Shown in pieces: positions 1-8,945 of a stretch of DNA of 64,000 nucleotides (position 1 is its first letter; every line of letters starts with the position of its first letter). The stretch comes from Lepidodermella squamata (taxonomy: Eukaryota; Animalia; Gastrotricha), in assembly GCA_047495785.1 (NCBI GenBank), contig JBLDXI010000054.1:1-64000 (forward strand), in the 5' to 3' direction. The position numbers were made by a program, and so were the translations under genes. Under the pieces are notes generated by a model. That model saw only the letters and a program-made list of their open reading frames with translations. It was not told the origin of the DNA and did not search any database.

Positions 1-474
1 ACACATCTCGTGAGAGTATCGGCTCAGCTCGAAAGATTATTGTATAATATCGCTTTGATTATTATAATATCGAATATCGCCAGTTTAGCAACCCCAAACT
101 CCACCGCCTGCGCCCGCTAAATTATTTTAAAGGTGATAGGATTCTTATGATAGCCATAATCGGAAGATGGGCGATAAAAAGGCACACATCGCATGAGACG
201 TGCTATATAGGACGCCGCGGCTCGATAAAAAGCAAGAAAGACGAGTTTTTTTTTGATGAGGTAAAGTCCCACGACCGCGGGGTGAATCATGAATCGTCTC
301 ATTAATTTTTTGCAGTTGAACGTAGACTGATAATAAACAGATGGCATAATGCTGTGGCTTGATGCTTCGTTGCCTGGCTACAGTCTCCCAGTCGCTATGG
401 GGAAAATCGATTTGCAGCTGCTCTCACCACGAACGCCGTCAGTGCGATAGCTTGGTACATTTATTGTCGTTGAC

Positions 475-1031
475 ATGATCCCATCGATTCTATATTTTCT
501 TACATCTCTCCATGCGGTCCTTTGTAAGTTATAAACATCATCAGTTTTACCGCTTACTTAATCAGTTGCATAGGTTTGTCATGCTACTCATATAGCAGTG
601 TCAGTCCCGGGAGCACACTCGGAATAGCAAAAAGCGAGTGCGATGCTTGCTGGGCTTTTCAAACTGTTACGACCGACTGTGACACCACCTCTGCCACGAG
701 AGTTGATCTTTTCATGCAATGTGCATGTCGAGCTGGATCCACTACCTGTACAGGTGTGAGACTCAAACAAGATCAATATTGTGGATTCCAAAACTTGACG
801 ACAAATACGTGCTGGGGAGCTGTGAAGGAATGTGTTTGTTGCTCAAATTACTGCAATCATGAAAATTTCTGCATTCCACCAACCGATAAAAAGTTTTACC
901 TTCTTACGACAGCACCTCCAAGCGATACTACGTCACAGTCAAGTGGACGAAACACCTCTAACGCTTTAAACTTCAGATTCCTCACCGCAATAATTCCAGC
1001 TATAATCCTGATCTCGCTTCATTCAATTTAA
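475..1031 (+). CDS. Ly6/uPAR three-finger (quiver/Lynx-like) protein, predicted secreted and GPI-anchored; 2 exons (475-523, 574-1031)
   Basis: Exon 1 encodes signal peptide MIPSILYFLTSLHAVL. A GT..AG intron at 524-573 joins in frame to LSCYSY. The Cys-rich domain ends in CCSNYCN, followed by an S/T-rich linker and a hydrophobic C-terminus. Confidence 0.8.
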
Positions 1032-1104
1032 ATTACGCGAAACAAATAATTTCCTGAATAAGTTTATTCTTGATGACAGTTTTGCGTCTCCATATATGCC
1101 TATT

Positions 1105-1235
1105 CACAAAATTTGAAAAAATAAAAAAGTTGAGACGCGAGTTGGAATCGAACCAGTTACTTTATTCATACAACAAATTTGAAAAAGTTAAAAAAACTTG
1201 TGACGCGAGATGGAGTCGAACCGCATCCTTTATAA
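1105..1235 (-). repeat. Two diverged ~70-bp tandem units, each with a Pol III B-box followed by a T-run on the minus strand
   Basis: Minus-strand GGTTCGATTCCAACTCGCGTC and GGTTCGACTCCATCTCGCGTC, each followed by T6-7 and TTTTTCAAATTT. Confidence 0.6.
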
Positions 1236-1649
1236 GCATTATAAGAAAGCGCATTTTTGTGTGTACACTGTGGCGTAGTGGATAAAGCGTCTGCCCTAGC
1301 AGACAGGCCGTACCTAGGCCTTAAACGGGGAGTGATGCCGCTAACGTGTTTGCCCAGGCGGTTAAACTGAGCAACGTCCTGGTACCGACGTAAAAAGGTC
1401 CCGTCCAAAGACGTAAAACTAAAACGACCTTGGTAGCGTCGAAAAACCTATCACGACATTTGTGAGGTCGTTAAAACTTCTATGTTAGGGAGATGAGCAA
1501 CCAGTTCTCCACTGCGGTGAAAACTGCATGTTTTAAACTGGAAGGAAAGTCGTAGAAGACCTTCAGGCATCACGGGGCGGAGACTTTTGCTTTCGCAATT
1601 TTTATTTACAGCATTATATAAAGTAATAACAAGTATATAGGTTGGGCCT

Positions 1650-1731
1650 CGTCCCGTAGCTCAGTGGTTCACGCACTGGGCTTTCCGTTTTGAGGGTCGG
1701 GTTCGAGTCCACACTGAAACAGAGAATTTTT
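1650..1731 (+). ncRNA. tRNA-like Pol III transcription unit (not a canonical tRNA)
   Basis: A-box TAGCTCAGTGG (1657-1667) and B-box GGTTCGAGTCC (1700-1710) at tRNA spacing, TTTTT terminator at 1727. Acceptor and anticodon stems do not pair. Confidence 0.5.
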
Positions 1732-1824
1732 CTTTCTTTTCTTCTCTTTCTTCTTCTTTCTCTTTCTCTTTCTTCTTCTTCTTTCTCTTTCTCTTTCTTC
1801 TTCTTTCTCTTCTTTTCTTTCTTT
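1727..1824 (+). repeat. Polypyrimidine (TTC/TTTC/TC)n low-complexity tract
   Basis: About 100 nt of only C and T. Confidence 0.95.
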
Positions 1825-1827
1825 AGA

Positions 1828-2100
1828 TTAAAACTTTTGCTTTTTCATTATCCAACTTCCACGATCCGTACTTTCAATAATATGACTGCTCAGAAGCGAA
1901 TTAGATTGTCGAATTTCGCCCACTTCACGAGAATTCAAACAGTAAAAGTCATTTATAATATTCAGTAATATATTATTCTCCTCGGTGAAATCGAACACCC
2001 AGCCGTAGCAATTATCCATGTACATATCCAATTTCGATAAATAGAACTGAAGGCTTTTGAGTTCCTGAGGGCTTTTGGGGTACTTGATCATTTGCTCCAT
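1828..2100 (-). CDS. Small hypothetical Polinton protein downstream of pPolB
   Basis: ORF from ATG 2100, co-oriented with and immediately after pPolB; no recognised domain. Confidence 0.5.
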   Translation of the reverse strand: MEQMIKYPKSPQELKSLQFYLSKLDMYMDNCYGWVFDFTEENNILLNIINDFYCLNSREVGEIRQSNSLLSSHIIESTDRGSWIMKKQKF

Positions 2101-2133
2101 TTTCACCTTATCTTATAAGCCTCACTGCTTTAA

Positions 2134-5100
2134 CTAAAAGAGGGAATCGCTACTTCTCATCAGCTGCATGAAATCAATCATGAAATGGCCGTGCGCGAAA
2201 GTGTTGATGCCATCATCACTGACCCATCGCTTATCATCATAGGGACACAGGGCAATCTTGGAACTTTGCATCGTAACTAAATTATGGGAGAATGATCGAA
2301 TCTGATTGAAATTTATATTGACTACTTTCTTGTTCTTCACGCAATCCCTGTAATGGTCGAATGTCAGCTTCGACTTCACACCCTGCCGCTTAACTCCCTT
2401 CGCCTTTTTTATTTCATCTTTTTCTGAGTACAAAATTGCATAGACCTTGGATCGTGCCCCGGCGAATTCTCGTATTACACGTCCCTTTGCTTCGTCTTTA
2501 AATACGCCGTTAGTTTTACAGTTGACAGTTGAGAATAGGAAGTGATCTTTAGGATAATCAGAGAAATCGAATAGGTTTTCGATGGGTTTCATGTCTGTGT
2601 AAACGTCTTCAGTTGTGATATGGTAGCACAACGAATCTGTGTCTGTGAAAAGAAGCTTAGCTTTGTCGCCGTACTTTCGTTTGATGACATTGTAGTGGAA
2701 GTCGTACATATGCACCTTGGACAAATCCAAAATGGCTGCTCCAACGATAATTGGTCGATCATAAAAGATCTCAGTTTTTGCCATTTCCACGCTGAACAGC
2801 TCGTCACTTATCTTCTTAGCGTCCTTGAATGTTGGTTTGTTTACTAGTTTCTGAAGCTTCTTAGGGCAAGTAACCAGTTTTAAGTCAATGCGATTCCGAA
2901 CGTTCTCACAAGTTTTACCGAAAATGACGTTATTCATCAGTTTGAAAAACCCCTTCTCAAATTCGTTGCTAGCCTCTTTTCGCTTTCGAGTATTGAATGC
3001 GATATAGGGCTCGGCCCAATTGCTCTGTTTGAACTTCAAAGCTCGGTGCACCTTTTTCAGAACTAAACCATTATCAAGAGCTTGCTGTAGCGCGCGATAG
3101 TGCATGACGTAATGTTTCTTGTCGTTCAGATTTTGTGTTAGCTTTTTCACCTTCGCCGGCCTGTTTAGTCCTAATTGCTTATGCAGATCTTGCATGTGAG
3201 GGCTCGGTTCGCAAAGAATATGCTCTGGACAGAACGGATAGTCATTATGTGAGTCATGAAGCCTTGCAGGATAGTCGATATCAACCTCCAGCATGTACCC
3301 GAATTCGTCTTTGGCCCCAAGTGACTTCACGAAATCTTTGGTGATTGCTTCAGGACCAATCCATTCGAAGTCTTTCTGCGGTAACCACTGGGTCATCGCG
3401 AAAGAATAAAGCGCGTTGGCGTCCCAATACATTATAAACGATTTCGGAGCATTTGCGTCATAGTCTGTCATACCTTCGTTATTAGCCTTCGCGTACCTCC
3501 CAGGAATAACAGCTATACCGCCTCTTATGCCTTTTTCAACGAATTCAAGCATCTCCTTATTATCAAAGAGATCCAGTTCAACACGTGTGTATTTCAGCAT
3601 CGCGTCCCAACTTAACCCAGGTGCACCTAAATAATGCGCCGGGTCCAGATCGTAATAGCTTATGCAGGTGTCTCGAAAACTGTCAAAACAATCTGCTAAC
3701 AAGAGAACATCTGTTTTCAAATACAGGTCGTGGTAGTCTTTCAGAGTTTTGCAATTCAGTTTTGACCAAACGGTTTGTGCGTGTTCATAATCCTCGTCAG
3801 ATATAGAAGTTATTTCGATTTTGTTATCATCAAGCGAACAAGAATTTAGTCTGTTTGAGAAATGCGACTTATTCGGTAGCTGAGTTTCATTCAGTTTGTC
3901 GAGGCTATCTATATAATCGTACGGATAAACTCCCTTTCGAAGCAGCAGGGATCTTTGTTCAGTTGTGAACTTAGAAAGCTGTTCATCAAAATGAGCGAAC
4001 CTCTTTCCCGATTTTTTCAGATTACTGACTATTTGGTCCAGGCTTTCACTCATAAACTGAAACGAATCGATAAATCGAAGTTTGCCTATACTAAAACTTG
4101 AATACTTTTCCGAGGAATTAGCTATGACGTCAATCGTCAACAGGTTTGGTCTTTTCTTTTTGTCTTCTTTTTTGAAATTTGCAATCTTTTCTCCATTGAT
4201 TTCGTTCACTACTTTTCCGGCTGCCTGCATTATCAAGTGCGAATCGTACCCACTCAGGTTATGAAAAACAACCGGGATGAAAGAATGCTTGAGATTCAAA
4301 TTCAGATTGCAGGCATTATGAGCAGCTCCTCTGAAACGGCCTGTAAGATGGTCATGATCGCGGACTTTATCGTCGCCCAAGGCGCTTCGGCAAACATGGC
4401 AGTGCTGTGCATTATCATAACTTTGTTGCTCTGGTTGAGATAACACCATGTCTTTATTGGTTTCCTGGATAAATTTCCTCAAACTGTATTGCTTTTTAAT
4501 CAAGAATCTCAGGAACTGCTCCGCACAATTTGCCCCTTCAAACTGCCAATACTTCGAACGGATCTCAGGTACCTTACTAGCCAGTAAACATCCGAAGGAA
4601 TTCGCAACATGCTTCTGATAAATCAAGGACCTACCCTTTTGAACATCGGAATTCGTTAGCGTAGTCTCCGCATCACAATAGAAAACAAACGGTACTTCAA
4701 GCTGCTTGTAGTAATTTTTGAAAATAACTCGGCTACCTTTCGGAGGAAACTTCACTATGACGTTGCCATTTACTATGCAATTATGCTCTTTAAGCTTTAT
4801 TTCGCTGTCGAATCCAGTCAGACACTGTAAGCACCAATGCTTTTTGTGCTGATCAGAACTAGGCAGCAACCGGCTCAAATTTTTTATCCAGCTGAAGTGT
4901 GCTATCACCTTAGCACCGTCTCTGAGAGTAGTTCGCAGTAGGTTAACTTCTTGGGCGTACGGTTTCTTCGACGCGTAGTATGAAATAAAGCGATGGCAAC
5001 CATCTTTTTCTTTGTATTCAATCACGTTGATCTTTATCCTATTCTGATCTTCAAGATTTGAAATATCGTTCCACGAAATGGGAAACTTGATACCGTCATG

Positions 5101-6177
5101 TTTCAGTTCATTTTTAAATAACTTGTACTTGGATGTTTCCTGTGCATTTTTATCTACTGGATGCAAGCAAGCCAGCATGCTCCAGATTATGCATTCATCG
5201 TCGGTGTTTTTAACATTTATAACGGCCTTTTTATCAGCAATAAACTTCGGTGTTGGAATGTAAGATCCTGTCCCTAACGGGCAGTAGCTGAAAGCACAAA
5301 CACGGAGTCGCGAAATGTTTTGAAAGATCCATCCGGAGCCGCGCTGCTCGTAATTCTCAATGGCACCACCAAGTTGAGAGAAGTGTTGGTCTACAACGCT
5401 CCCTATGTCATCATATTTCCTGATAACTGGGGCAGCCTTTACAGCGGAAGACCATTTATGTTCTGATTTACTATTGTTGTCTTTTTTCCAATTCAAATCA
5501 GCGTTAAACACGATTTTGATGTTATCATTTTGCTCTAATTTTTCTTGCACGTAGTTAACAACTGATTCCCTAGCCTTTTCGGTAAATAGATGGAAATCAC
5601 TTCCTGAATTATGAGCTTCAATGTCTAACCTATAAAGGATATTCTTGAAATGCTCGGGATTTTTCTGCTCATTAAATTCCATGTAATTGTTATCCTCAAG
5701 AGAGTTAATCCGCTCGATATAATTGTAGCCTTCGGCAATCAACTTGTTGTACGTTGGTCCACCCCATTTGATGAATTTCAAAGTCTTAGGATTTATGACA
5801 TGATTTTCTTTCTGCCCTCTGAACACCATTTCACCAGCAGCATTCAAGAAATAGCCATCTTTACGCAGCCTCTGATAGTCCTGGCTGCCCCTTTTTATCT
5901 TGCTCACACCTCGTTTCATAAGCTGATTATTCGCATCGTCATAGAAAAACTCCTTTTCAAGTTTTTTGAAGTTGGACGAACCGATAGAAATATATTTGTT
6001 TGTGATAGGATTTAATACTGTTTTCCGTTGGGTTCTCTCGTAAGGCATCCCACCCTTCGTCCAACGGTTATCTTTTAATTCAAAACCCTTCCTCAATAGC
6101 GCATTGTATGCTCGGCCACCAACCTTAATACGACGACCGTTAGGTCCCATTACATTGGTTTCACTGTTGTCGGTCAT
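2134..6177 (-). CDS. polB: Protein-primed family B DNA polymerase (terminal-protein region, vOTU-like domain, EndoVII-like Zn insert, exonuclease, polymerase)
   Basis: YCDAET (ExoI), FHNLSGYD (ExoII), KGVYPY, YWDANALY (motif A), KLMNNVIFGK (B), TDTDS (C). CHVC..DHDHLTG..HNACN EndoVII insert. DECIIWS...HFSW vOTU-like Cys/His. Confidence 0.97.
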   Translation of the reverse strand: MTDNSETNVMGPNGRRIKVGGRAYNALLRKGFELKDNRWTKGGMPYERTQRKTVLNPITNKYISIGSSNFKKLEKEFFYDDANNQLMKRGVSKIKRGSQDYQRLRKDGYFLNAAGEMVFRGQKENHVINPKTLKFIKWGGPTYNKLIAEGYNYIERINSLEDNNYMEFNEQKNPEHFKNILYRLDIEAHNSGSDFHLFTEKARESVVNYVQEKLEQNDNIKIVFNADLNWKKDNNSKSEHKWSSAVKAAPVIRKYDDIGSVVDQHFSQLGGAIENYEQRGSGWIFQNISRLRVCAFSYCPLGTGSYIPTPKFIADKKAVINVKNTDDECIIWSMLACLHPVDKNAQETSKYKLFKNELKHDGIKFPISWNDISNLEDQNRIKINVIEYKEKDGCHRFISYYASKKPYAQEVNLLRTTLRDGAKVIAHFSWIKNLSRLLPSSDQHKKHWCLQCLTGFDSEIKLKEHNCIVNGNVIVKFPPKGSRVIFKNYYKQLEVPFVFYCDAETTLTNSDVQKGRSLIYQKHVANSFGCLLASKVPEIRSKYWQFEGANCAEQFLRFLIKKQYSLRKFIQETNKDMVLSQPEQQSYDNAQHCHVCRSALGDDKVRDHDHLTGRFRGAAHNACNLNLNLKHSFIPVVFHNLSGYDSHLIMQAAGKVVNEINGEKIANFKKEDKKKRPNLLTIDVIANSSEKYSSFSIGKLRFIDSFQFMSESLDQIVSNLKKSGKRFAHFDEQLSKFTTEQRSLLLRKGVYPYDYIDSLDKLNETQLPNKSHFSNRLNSCSLDDNKIEITSISDEDYEHAQTVWSKLNCKTLKDYHDLYLKTDVLLLADCFDSFRDTCISYYDLDPAHYLGAPGLSWDAMLKYTRVELDLFDNKEMLEFVEKGIRGGIAVIPGRYAKANNEGMTDYDANAPKSFIMYWDANALYSFAMTQWLPQKDFEWIGPEAITKDFVKSLGAKDEFGYMLEVDIDYPARLHDSHNDYPFCPEHILCEPSPHMQDLHKQLGLNRPAKVKKLTQNLNDKKHYVMHYRALQQALDNGLVLKKVHRALKFKQSNWAEPYIAFNTRKRKEASNEFEKGFFKLMNNVIFGKTCENVRNRIDLKLVTCPKKLQKLVNKPTFKDAKKISDELFSVEMAKTEIFYDRPIIVGAAILDLSKVHMYDFHYNVIKRKYGDKAKLLFTDTDSLCYHITTEDVYTDMKPIENLFDFSDYPKDHFLFSTVNCKTNGVFKDEAKGRVIREFAGARSKVYAILYSEKDEIKKAKGVKRQGVKSKLTFDHYRDCVKNKKVVNINFNQIRSFSHNLVTMQSSKIALCPYDDKRWVSDDGINTFAHGHFMIDFMQLMRSSDSLF

Positions 6178-6269
6178 GATTGTATATATTATACTAAGAA
6201 AATAATCTTTAAGTAATTTTCCGCAATTGAAGAAAATCTTATATAGTTTTTTTCTGATGATAATATATA

Positions 6270-6569
6270 ATGACTACAAACACGATTAAGCAAAGAGGTC
6301 GCCCGAAGAAATATCTGACTGAAGAAGAACGCGAGACAGGCTATCGTGATCAGCATCGTATAGCTTGCAAAAACTACTGGAAGAAAACTATGGAAGTTGT
6401 TAGAGCAAGTCGTGGACAGGGAAAATGTCATGAAGTAACTTCACAAATGGAAGGAGCGATCACAAGTGACAGAATGTGTGAGCCTAAGCCTGAAAACCTT
6501 ACGACGAAGGATATAGAGGAAATTATAAATCAAATGTTGGCAACAAAACTGCAAAAATTGCTCTCATAG
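6270..6569 (+). CDS. Small AT-hook DNA-binding protein, divergent from pPolB
   Basis: KQRGRPKKY AT-hook followed by a charged helix. Confidence 0.7.
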   Translation: MTTNTIKQRGRPKKYLTEEERETGYRDQHRIACKNYWKKTMEVVRASRGQGKCHEVTSQMEGAITSDRMCEPKPENLTTKDIEEIINQMLATKLQKLLS

Positions 6570-6594
6570 GCTTCACTGTGCGGTCATGATTGAA

Positions 6595-8016
6595 CTAATC
6601 CAACAAGTTATCAGCGGGCTCCCAAGTCGGCTTATCATATCCTGCCCATTTGACGTAAACCATTTCTTTACCTTTAACTTTCTTCCTTCTCAAAATCTTT
6701 TCAACCCGGTAAAGGTTTTCTTGCTGTTGGGAAGATTTCTGCAATTCCTGTTCGTAAAAGCTACCTACTACTGGTTCACCATCTAGAGCCTCGATTTTAT
6801 AGGTTCTAGGAATGGTTTCGTTAACCTTGACGACTTTAAGAAGCTCTTCACTCCATGAAGGGTGGAAACCTTTTTCAAAGGTCTCTTTCAGTCGGCTGAT
6901 CCTCACAATGTCACCAAGAGCGAACTTGGGCTTACGTAACTTTTTTTCATCTGATTCCGCGTACAAATTGTTGTGAACGATGTCTCTATTCTTTGGATCT
7001 ATCGCCTGAGTTGGCGTCATTCGAATCGATCTGTGCTTAGTAAGGTTGTACTCTCGAACTAGGTCATCTAATATTGCAACCCAATTACGTGAGTTGTTAA
7101 GTGTAAAGCGTTTCCACATTCTAGTTTTAAGAGTCCTGTTAAACCTCTCGATCATAGGGTTATGAAAATTTTCATAGGTCGAGTACCGATTCACCTTATT
7201 TGCTTTCAACCATTTAGTGAAGATTGAATTATAAAATTCACTACCCTCATCGACCCAAATATTTTTAGGCTTTCGTCGGCTTGTCTTAATAACTGATGAG
7301 AAGGCATCGAAAACACTTTTTGCGTCTTTTGATTTCAGTGGGACGGCCCATGCATATCTGCTGAAGCAGCATATCACGGTCAAAATGTACTTATAGCCAT
7401 TATTGTCATCGGTCAAGTCGTTCATGAAGACAATGTCCATGCCCCATGTGTCGTCAACGTTATGCACATAAACGCGACGTCTTGGAAACCGCTTTCTTGC
7501 GGGTTTATGAAGCTCCTCAGCTAATGTTTCAAACTTCATTTTGCTAACTGTTTCTGATCGCGGCGGCTCTTGTTTTGTCTTTCGCTTCGGAATTTGTTGC
7601 GAGTAGCTAACAGGTCTCCTATCTCGAAGAGCCATGCCTTTCCCTTGCAGATGGTCAGCGATTCCACCTTCAACGAACGTTTTGTAGACAAATGCTGCCA
7701 TAGCCCTCTCATAACCACTTTTCGATCGATCACTAGCAATCCTGAGTGCCTTGTCTGCAAGAATTCTATCGCTAACGGTGCGTCGCTCTCTGTCTTTGTA
7801 AAAGTGATAAGCAGCGTCATGTTCTCTGGCTGCCTCGTCCAACTCATTTATACCTCTGTAGCCCTGGCTCATTCTTTGAACAAAATGTGTTCCTGGGCCA
7901 GCGTAGCTATATGACTGCTTATTGTTATAAGACCCTCCAGGAACGGTTTCTCCTTGAACGGGATAACTCGGTAAATGGAATTCCACCGGCAAATTGTTAA
8001 TTATTCTGTCAAACAT
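6595..8016 (-). CDS. Fusion of parvovirus VP1u-type phospholipase A2 (PLA2X), retroviral-type DDE integrase and chromodomain
   Basis: YAGPG Ca-loop and DEAAREHDAAY PLA2 motif; WGMD..WVDEGSEF..IERFNRT DDE triad; YRVEKIL..YVKWAGY..TWEP chromodomain. Confidence 0.95.
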   Translation of the reverse strand: MFDRIINNLPVEFHLPSYPVQGETVPGGSYNNKQSYSYAGPGTHFVQRMSQGYRGINELDEAAREHDAAYHFYKDRERRTVSDRILADKALRIASDRSKSGYERAMAAFVYKTFVEGGIADHLQGKGMALRDRRPVSYSQQIPKRKTKQEPPRSETVSKMKFETLAEELHKPARKRFPRRRVYVHNVDDTWGMDIVFMNDLTDDNNGYKYILTVICCFSRYAWAVPLKSKDAKSVFDAFSSVIKTSRRKPKNIWVDEGSEFYNSIFTKWLKANKVNRYSTYENFHNPMIERFNRTLKTRMWKRFTLNNSRNWVAILDDLVREYNLTKHRSIRMTPTQAIDPKNRDIVHNNLYAESDEKKLRKPKFALGDIVRISRLKETFEKGFHPSWSEELLKVVKVNETIPRTYKIEALDGEPVVGSFYEQELQKSSQQQENLYRVEKILRRKKVKGKEMVYVKWAGYDKPTWEPADNLLD

Positions 8017-8052
8017 TATTCATTAGGACTTGAAATTCTAAATAAAGAGCAA

Positions 8053-8745
8053 ATGATCAATTGGGACAGCATCGTTCAATCACAACGACAGGAGTACAAA
8101 AATGGATCTCCCTTTTTCCCTCAGCATCCTTCTCGATGTCTTATTATTGGACCGTCCGGGACCGGAAAGACTTCAGATCTGCTGACAATACTGCATAACT
8201 CCTTTTTTCACAAGATCTACTTATATAGTAAAACTCTTGATGAGGACAAGTACGAGTACCTGATTAAGCTTCAGAAACAGAAGGAAGACATTCTTTCCAA
8301 GCAAGGAATTTCAGTAAACCTTGTTCACTCTTCCAATGACATTTCTGAAGTCATGCCTCTTGAAGGCCTAGATAAAAGTTACCAGCATGCTTATATATTC
8401 GACGATATTTGTATGGAGCAAAAGAGGCTGCAAGAAACACATATCGGTGCAATGTGGATAAGATGCCGTAAGTACAACGCGTCAGCCTTTTATCTTTCGC
8501 AGTCATATTTTAAGATCCCAAAGGCAATTAGGGATAATGCCGATTTTGTTGTGCTGAAGAAGCTGGCTGACAACAGGGAGCTGAGCATAATTCATCGAAT
8601 ATACGCCCCCTCAATTAAGACAACTGAATTTTTTGCCAAGTACAATGAAGCCGTTAGCCTTCCTCATGGTTCGTTTATCATTGACAGTCAAAGCAAGCCA
8701 CAGTGTCTACGACTTAGAGCTAATTACGCTTCAATCTTCGCCTAA
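8053..8745 (+). CDS. FtsK/A32-like DNA packaging ATPase
   Basis: Walker A GPSGTGKT, Walker B YIFDD, RKYN..LSQSYFKIPKAIRDN. ATG 8053 chosen because TCTA precedes it. Confidence 0.95.
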   Translation: MINWDSIVQSQRQEYKNGSPFFPQHPSRCLIIGPSGTGKTSDLLTILHNSFFHKIYLYSKTLDEDKYEYLIKLQKQKEDILSKQGISVNLVHSSNDISEVMPLEGLDKSYQHAYIFDDICMEQKRLQETHIGAMWIRCRKYNASAFYLSQSYFKIPKAIRDNADFVVLKKLADNRELSIIHRIYAPSIKTTEFFAKYNEAVSLPHGSFIIDSQSKPQCLRLRANYASIFA

Positions 8746-8945
8746 TCATTTTTAACTTTTAAAAATTAGTTTAAATTATCTATCAAACAGTTTGAATTAT
8801 CTTGGCTTTACTGATTACCTCCAGTATAAGATGAGTTCAACTGAGCGTTCAATAGGCGATCATTAGGCGTTCAAGAAGCGATCATGTGGCTAACGAGGAG
8901 CGACCGCTGGGCGAAAAAGGAGCGATTTATTCTAGCCAGAGTGAT

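Noticed and set aside
1040-1700. Left TIR of the Polinton
   Set aside because: No match by eye to the reverse complement of 17640-18082 and no AGTAGT start.
1650-1725. Functional tRNA gene
   Set aside because: A and B boxes are present, but acceptor and anticodon stems do not pair.
1690-1968. 92-aa hydrophobic ORF
   Set aside because: It is the translation of the C/T microsatellite.
7975-8052. Longer N-terminus for the ATPase, and the upstream extensions at 8886, 10695, 25041, 28562, 44724 and 51813
   Set aside because: These overlap neighbours or use non-ATG starts; downstream ATGs match the TCTA spacing or the paralog signal peptides.
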